Shown: positions 26,878 to 32,000 of the stretch, piece after piece
Position numbering within the stretch: position 1 is the first letter of the stretch
Layout of the letters: each line of letters starts with the position of its first letter
Assembly (NCBI GenBank): GCA_024275415.1
Contig: JAJRZD010000114.1
Coordinates: forward strand, 1 to 32,000
DNA from: an archaeon
GTDB lineage: Archaea > Asgardarchaeota > Thorarchaeia > Thorarchaeales > Thorarchaeaceae
Length of the DNA stretch: 32,000 bases
Direction: 5' to 3'
The notes under the pieces: generated by a model
What the model saw: the letters and a program-made list of their open reading frames with translations, nothing else
Told to the model about the DNA's origin: nothing
Database searches by the model: none
Made by a program: the position numbers and the translations under genes

Positions 26878-27753
26878 TCATCCAGTTCTTCCGTAGACCT
26901 CCTCAATGTAGAGTTTCCTGATAGTGTCCCTATCAAGGCCGAACACCTCATCGGCATGATGACAGATCTCGTCATTGATTTTACTGACCACATCTATTCT
27001 ACGTCTAGCATCTGTATCGGATATCTCCTTCACTAACAAGGCTTCTTCTAGAAGACTTTCAATATCATCTGGTTTCCATCTGAGGTTGCGGATATAGAAC
27101 AGCCGCCACTTCGGTGCCGGAAGATACGACCTGTTCAACCAATAGATAGCCTGGATTAGCAATTCAACACAATACGACACAGAATACTGGACTGAAAGAT
27201 GATGTCCTCTGTCTTGCCAAAGGTCAACCATCGAAGGGATATACTCTGCCGTAGGACAGCAGTACCATGACAGGTACACAAGAGGGTGTGCAAGTTTCCG
27301 TTTCCACGCCTCATCATCCAAATGCAGTTTTCTCTGGACTCGGTGCTGGACTTCGCCCTGTCGGTCAAATGCGTACACAGCATTGGAGAGATCCCATCTC
27401 AGATATTCAGGCCACTCTCGATCTAGATACTCGTCTAGAAAGTAAGTTTCGATATCTATCGCAAGACCTGAACGATCCTCGTGCTGTGCAGACAGGGACT
27501 CGAGAAATCCTTTCGCAAAAGGGTCGTCATTGTTGAATAGCACCATCATATCAAGATCCGAGTACTTGTCAACAAATCCTCTTGTGAGACCTCCAAGGTA
27601 AAGAATTCCCTCCACCGAGCTGAAGTGAGAAATGCTCTTGACGATTTCATCAGCGACCCGTGTAAACGACTCGATTCGATTTTTCCCACGCAGCCCTTCC
27701 ATAGATATCACAACTGCAGTGCGGAAATCTGCGCTATAAAAGAACATCTCCAA
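26878..27753 (-). CDS. Nucleotidyltransferase domain protein (Pol-beta superfamily, DUF4037-like C-terminus); possible start 27702
   Basis: GGLTRGFVDKYSDLDMMV motif (G[GS]-x9-DxD) followed by a helical C-terminal region. Confidence 0.8.
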   Translation of the reverse strand: MEMFFYSADFRTAVVISMEGLRGKNRIESFTRVADEIVKSISHFSSVEGILYLGGLTRGFVDKYSDLDMMVLFNNDDPFAKGFLESLSAQHEDRSGLAIDIETYFLDEYLDREWPEYLRWDLSNAVYAFDRQGEVQHRVQRKLHLDDEAWKRKLAHPLVYLSWYCCPTAEYIPSMVDLWQDRGHHLSVQYSVSYCVELLIQAIYWLNRSYLPAPKWRLFYIRNLRWKPDDIESLLEEALLVKEISDTDARRRIDVVSKINDEICHHADEVFGLDRDTIRKLYIEEVYGRTG

Positions 27754-27765
27754 ACAGATGTCAGG

Positions 27766-28731
27766 TCATATCGTCAACGCATCAATTAGTCCAATCAGAT
27801 AGCTATCAAGTGATCTTTTCTTTGTGTAGCTCTCTTCGAAGGGGGTTTCTGCAAGTTCACCTTTCACCTCTCCGACGAGGATGCCTGTCTTACCTTGTTT
27901 GATGCAGTCGATGGCATAGGCTCCCAGTTTAGTGGCAAGGATTCGATCCTGTCGAGTCGGGTTCCCACCGCGCTGAATATATCCGAGCACGGACACACGA
28001 CATTGTTCACCGACTAGACCAGACATTTTCCGACTGATCTCCATGGCATCACCTTCCTCATCACCTTCAGCAACGATGATGAAGGCAAAGTTCTTCCCAC
28101 GTTCCCTACCAGCCACTATATCCTCCGCGACCCTCTTGAGATTGGTCACAGTTTCAGGCATGAGGATTGCTTCAGCGCCACACGATATCCCTACATCTAG
28201 GGCAATCGCACCAGAATGACGCCCCATTACCTCGATGAGGAAGAACCTATCGAATGCCTGTGCAGTGTCGCGTATCTTGTCGACGGCATCGATTGCATTG
28301 TTGACAGCAGTATCGAACCCGATGCTATAGTCTGTGCCATAGATATCATTGTCGATGGTACCTGGCAGTCCAATGATTCGCCCATTCCATACCTGCTGGA
28401 GCTTGTGCAACCCCCGCATGGTTCCGTTCCCGCCAATGGCGACAAGAGCATCAAATCCATTCTTCTCAAGGATTTGAGCTGCCTTCATCTGCCCTTCCAG
28501 TGTCCTGAACTCCTTTGACCTGCCTGTCGTAAGGACTGTGCCACCACGATGAATGATATTGGCGACTGACCGAGCCTCCATCAGTCTGAACTTCTGATCC
28601 AAAAGTCCTTGCAGACCGCCGATGATACCAATCATCTCGAACCCATTAGAAATCCCGACACGTACAAGTGCTCGTACGCAAGCGTTCATTCCGGGGCTAT
28701 CTCCGCCACTGGTAAGGATTCCGACTTTCAT
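27766..28731 (-). CDS. pfkA: ATP-dependent 6-phosphofructokinase (bacterial PfkA family)
   Basis: MKVGILTSGGDSPGMNA, GGNGT, PGTIDND, EVMGR and LGYIQRGG motifs. True start is ATG 28731. Confidence 0.95.
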   Translation of the reverse strand: MKVGILTSGGDSPGMNACVRALVRVGISNGFEMIGIIGGLQGLLDQKFRLMEARSVANIIHRGGTVLTTGRSKEFRTLEGQMKAAQILEKNGFDALVAIGGNGTMRGLHKLQQVWNGRIIGLPGTIDNDIYGTDYSIGFDTAVNNAIDAVDKIRDTAQAFDRFFLIEVMGRHSGAIALDVGISCGAEAILMPETVTNLKRVAEDIVAGRERGKNFAFIIVAEGDEEGDAMEISRKMSGLVGEQCRVSVLGYIQRGGNPTRQDRILATKLGAYAIDCIKQGKTGILVGEVKGELAETPFEESYTKKRSLDSYLIGLIDALTI

Positions 28732-28777
28732 GGTTCTATGTCTGTGACATGGTACAAGAAAAGTCCAGCGTTCCACA

Positions 28778-29731
28778 CTAGATCAGATTCCGAGCTCTGA
28801 GATAGATGTAGAATGGAAAGGTGAGGATGACGCTAATCATGACTACGACGACAAATGCCAGGGGATTATCTTCCAGCGGAAGACCAACGTTCATTCCATA
28901 GATGGATGCTACAAGGGTCGGCACACTGACCAGAAGCGAAACAGCGGTCAATGTTTTCATGACCGTATTGAGGTTGTGCCCGACGATGCTATCATAGATC
29001 TCCATCGCGTTCTCGATAAGTTCACGATAGATCTTGCTTAGCTCAATCTGCTGTTGCAGGTCAACCTCCAAGTCCTCCAGACGGTCTTCGTCAAGAATCA
29101 TCCTTCCAAAACGGTGGATACGTTTCATCCTTCGCAGTACTCTCATGTTCCCTTTTAGGGCTGCATCCACAAAGATCGCATCACGCGAGAGCTGGAAGAA
29201 CTTGTCCATATGCGAGGGATAGAGCTCCTTCTGTATCGTTTCCTCAGTGTTCTTGATGGTTTCCTCGATGATATCAAGAACGGTCTCAAAGCTGTGGATG
29301 ACAATCTCCCACTGGTTGTAGATAAGTTCGCTAGCGGTGGTACTCCGACGAATCAGGTGACGAAGGCGCTTCTTTCTCAACGGTATGGCATGATGCTGCA
29401 TTATGATAATATCACGACCGTTGGTGAAGATCCCGATTGGTGCAGTAGAATGCTCTCTGGGACTAGCATTAAGATCCACTGGAACGCGCAGCACCAGCAT
29501 TGTGAACTTGTCCTCGATTTGAATCCGAGGTCTCTCGTCCATGTCAAGCATATCTTGAAGGTCTTCAAGGTCAACCTCGAACTTGCTGGAGAGTGGTCCG
29601 AAGTATTCAGGTTGAATCCCAATCATCTCAATGAGCAGTGGTTCATCGGGAGCACTTTCAAGGTCGGGATATCTGATGCCGCTTTCCAGTGCCATTATGG
29701 TAAAGGAATACTCCCTGTGCTCACTGCTCAA
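28778..29731 (-). CDS. corA: CorA-family Mg2+/Co2+ transporter
   Basis: YGMN signature between two C-terminal TM helices; large N-terminal soluble domain. Confidence 0.92.
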   Translation of the reverse strand: MSSEHREYSFTIMALESGIRYPDLESAPDEPLLIEMIGIQPEYFGPLSSKFEVDLEDLQDMLDMDERPRIQIEDKFTMLVLRVPVDLNASPREHSTAPIGIFTNGRDIIIMQHHAIPLRKKRLRHLIRRSTTASELIYNQWEIVIHSFETVLDIIEETIKNTEETIQKELYPSHMDKFFQLSRDAIFVDAALKGNMRVLRRMKRIHRFGRMILDEDRLEDLEVDLQQQIELSKIYRELIENAMEIYDSIVGHNLNTVMKTLTAVSLLVSVPTLVASIYGMNVGLPLEDNPLAFVVVVMISVILTFPFYIYLRARNLI

Positions 29732-29864
29732 TGATTGTTCACCTCTCAGAAGCTATCGTATCAGCTAGCCAATCCTAGCATATGGATTATGCTATTACAA
29801 GGACTCGTCCAACGATATAAGAATCTAGTGAGGGTAAAGAAACGACAGATGCCCTCTAATGTTC

Positions 29865-31181
29865 TTAGATTACCACATTCTCGGTTTCGACCTTTCTCTT
29901 TTTGATGCTGAGGGCTTCAGAGGGGATTTTCTTTCCGCCGAAAAGCTCTGCCTCCGGCATTCCCCTGTATAATGCATCAGCAATCCGTGCAATGGCATCG
30001 GCTTTCATGATCCCAGAGCCACTTGCCCCGTTTGCAACCAAGACCCCATTCTCATAGTAGACCAATGGGATCGCATCAGGCGAGTAGCAATATCCTCCCG
30101 CCCAGCTGTTCACTGGTCGTGTGGACGCAAAGTCAGGAAAATACGCAGACAGTACAGGGAACATGCTATTCTCATAGTAGGAACTCTCTGGAACTAGCTC
30201 TTCATCTGTCTGGATGTATTTGTATGCTCTGCCAAGTTTATCCCCACATCCGACCCAGAAACCATGCTCTTGTATTTGCGGTCTGAAATAGACGCCAGCA
30301 CTGGGCAAGATGATGAACGGGCAAACCTCCATGTCATTGAAGCCTTTAGTGTTGAGGAGCTGCTTTAACCCTTCGTTGTCAGATGCATGGACCACAAACA
30401 TCTGCCGTTTCTTGCATTTGGTACGGCTGTCCATCCCGATCGGGTCTAACAGCTCATTCGCCCATGCACCAGTTGCTAGAACGACACAGTCCGCTCGGAA
30501 CTCGCCCTTGTCAGTCTTCACCCCCACGACTCGTTTGTCCTGCCAGACAAAAGGCTCGCCGGGCAAATCTAACTTAGGATCGGCTTCGAGAATGAGCTTT
30601 TCCACATTGACCCCGAACCTAGGTTTGACCGAACTTATTTTCTTGAACTCCTCGAAATAGAATTCCACAAAGCGTGTAGCGTCTAGGACTCCGCAGTCAG
30701 CCCCAAAGAGACCATAGCTGACCTCCTTGAGGTTCATAAGATGTGCTTCTTCGCTGTTCGAGAAGTCCACCACGAGACTTGGGATCATGTCTTTGAGTTC
30801 GTGCTTGTCGTACACCTTGTGGCTAATCCCAGACCTTTTCATCCTTTCCATCCAGAGCTTGACACCTTCACTATTGAATTGTTCTTCGCTCAAAAGCCAG
30901 AGATACCCACACTTTTCGAACATAAGCTCGAACCCAAGCTCTGTCTGCACATGCTCAATGAATTTGATGGTTGAATCTGTGAGAAGTTGATTGGTGGACG
31001 AAGCGAACATGTTCCGGACTGCTGCTGCACTCATGGCTGTATTTGCCTGACCTGCGGCAAGGTATCGGTCAAGCAAGAGGATCCTTTTCTCAGGATTGTT
31101 CTGCTGGAGATGGTAGGCAGTCGCCACACCAATGATTCCGGCTCCTACAACAATGATGTCAAAGGTCTCGGATTCGTTCAC
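29865..31181 (-). CDS. FAD-dependent oxidoreductase (DadA/sarcosine oxidase beta/DAAO family)
   Basis: IIVVGAGIIG dinucleotide-binding motif, VVLATGAW, WAGGY and GSGIM motifs. Confidence 0.9.
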   Translation of the reverse strand: MNESETFDIIVVGAGIIGVATAYHLQQNNPEKRILLLDRYLAAGQANTAMSAAAVRNMFASSTNQLLTDSTIKFIEHVQTELGFELMFEKCGYLWLLSEEQFNSEGVKLWMERMKRSGISHKVYDKHELKDMIPSLVVDFSNSEEAHLMNLKEVSYGLFGADCGVLDATRFVEFYFEEFKKISSVKPRFGVNVEKLILEADPKLDLPGEPFVWQDKRVVGVKTDKGEFRADCVVLATGAWANELLDPIGMDSRTKCKKRQMFVVHASDNEGLKQLLNTKGFNDMEVCPFIILPSAGVYFRPQIQEHGFWVGCGDKLGRAYKYIQTDEELVPESSYYENSMFPVLSAYFPDFASTRPVNSWAGGYCYSPDAIPLVYYENGVLVANGASGSGIMKADAIARIADALYRGMPEAELFGGKKIPSEALSIKKRKVETENVVI

Positions 31182-31435
31182 AGGAACACCTCCAATGGTA
31201 TGCTTCGCGGAAAAGTTCTTGCCTTTAACAGTTATGTTTTGTCGTCCATTGCAGGTCAGACATGGTATGATTTTTCCTACGAAGTATTAGGAATTCATAT
31301 GCAGCGTCTTGTGCAGACTGGTCTGTGGGTTTAGCAAGAAGAACTACTTACAGTCTATTCTTATAATAATATATCCAACTTATTTTTTATATAAACAAGC
31401 ATAGTTATAGGCATCTTGACGACTGTACTACAGAA

Positions 31436-32000
31436 ATGCGATCTTGTCTACCACAGGAAGACCTTGAACAGGTCATCGCACTAGTATTGGCTGGGCTACG
31501 CGAATCCACTATACGTTGGTTTGACGAAGCGAATCTAACGAGAGATGATACCATACATGTCATCGAACTTGTCTTAAGACGACTTGACAAGCATTGGATT
31601 GAACGAAAAATACCTCTAACGGTGATATACGTGGCAGCACGTATCATTGAAGAGGTTGTAGAGCGATTTGAGGACGAGAATGGTAAGGACTCGGCAAAGA
31701 TTGGGACTGTTGTCATCGGGACCATGAGCGAGGACTTCCACTCTTTGGGGAAGAACCTTGTAAGGCGAACGCTCATGCCTTTTTTCCATGTCCATGATCT
31801 AGGCGTGAATGTCGATATAGACCGGTTCATCTCCTGTGCTAAAGAGCATGACGCAGACATCATCGCTGTTTCAGCATTGATGATGAATTCAGTTCTTCAG
31901 CTGCAATCACTCCGCAATGCGATTGATGATACTTCATGGAAAAAGAAACCTAAACTCATTGTAGGAGGAGCCCCTTTCACAATTGACTCTGAGTTGCACA
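31436..32000 (+). CDS. Cobalamin-binding corrinoid protein (cap plus B12-binding domain), truncated by window end; absent from the ORF track
   Basis: Manual translation from ATG 31436 is open to the end: MRSCLPQEDLEQ...GTMSEDFHSLGKNLV...DLGVNV...IAVSALM...IVGGAPF. This matches the DxHxxG..SxL..GG B12 motif. Confidence 0.88.
   Translation, partial: MRSCLPQEDLEQVIALVLAGLRESTIRWFDEANLTRDDTIHVIELVLRRLDKHWIERKIPLTVIYVAARIIEEVVERFEDENGKDSAKIGTVVIGTMSEDFHSLGKNLVRRTLMPFFHVHDLGVNVDIDRFISCAKEHDADIIAVSALMMNSVLQLQSLRNAIDDTSWKKKPKLIVGGAPFTIDSELH

Overview
Gene content points to an archaeon, probably Asgard/Thorarchaeia-like. This is inferred from tandem Rab-like GTPases, an archaeal LipS2/split-Lpl lipoate cluster, TTG/GTG starts and a large membrane-anchored surface protein. 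The window opens on the trailer end of a CRISPR array (37-nt repeat ending ATTGAAAG; no cas genes in the window). It then holds lipS2-lplA-lplB, an inactivated orphan DNA methyltransferase (premature TGA plus +1 frameshift, invisible in the ORF track) and an M50-like membrane metalloprotease. A 943-aa surface protein and a probable cryptic, decayed TnpB (IS200/IS605 OrfB) remnant in the 8.5-9.1 kb intergenic gap come next. These are followed by a convergent small wHTH / long coiled-coil-wHTH pair, an ATP-grasp enzyme and two tandem Rab-like small GTPases. Further on are a complete pstSCAB-phoU operon with a divergent AbrB-PhoU regulator, two more orphan amino-MTases with different motif orders, and a GNAT. 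The window ends with a CDGSH Fe-S protein, a nucleotidyltransferase, a bacterial-type ATP-PFK, CorA, an FAD oxidoreductase and a corrinoid protein truncated by the window edge. Most of the window is ordinary housekeeping. No database searches were run; family calls come from motif recognition.
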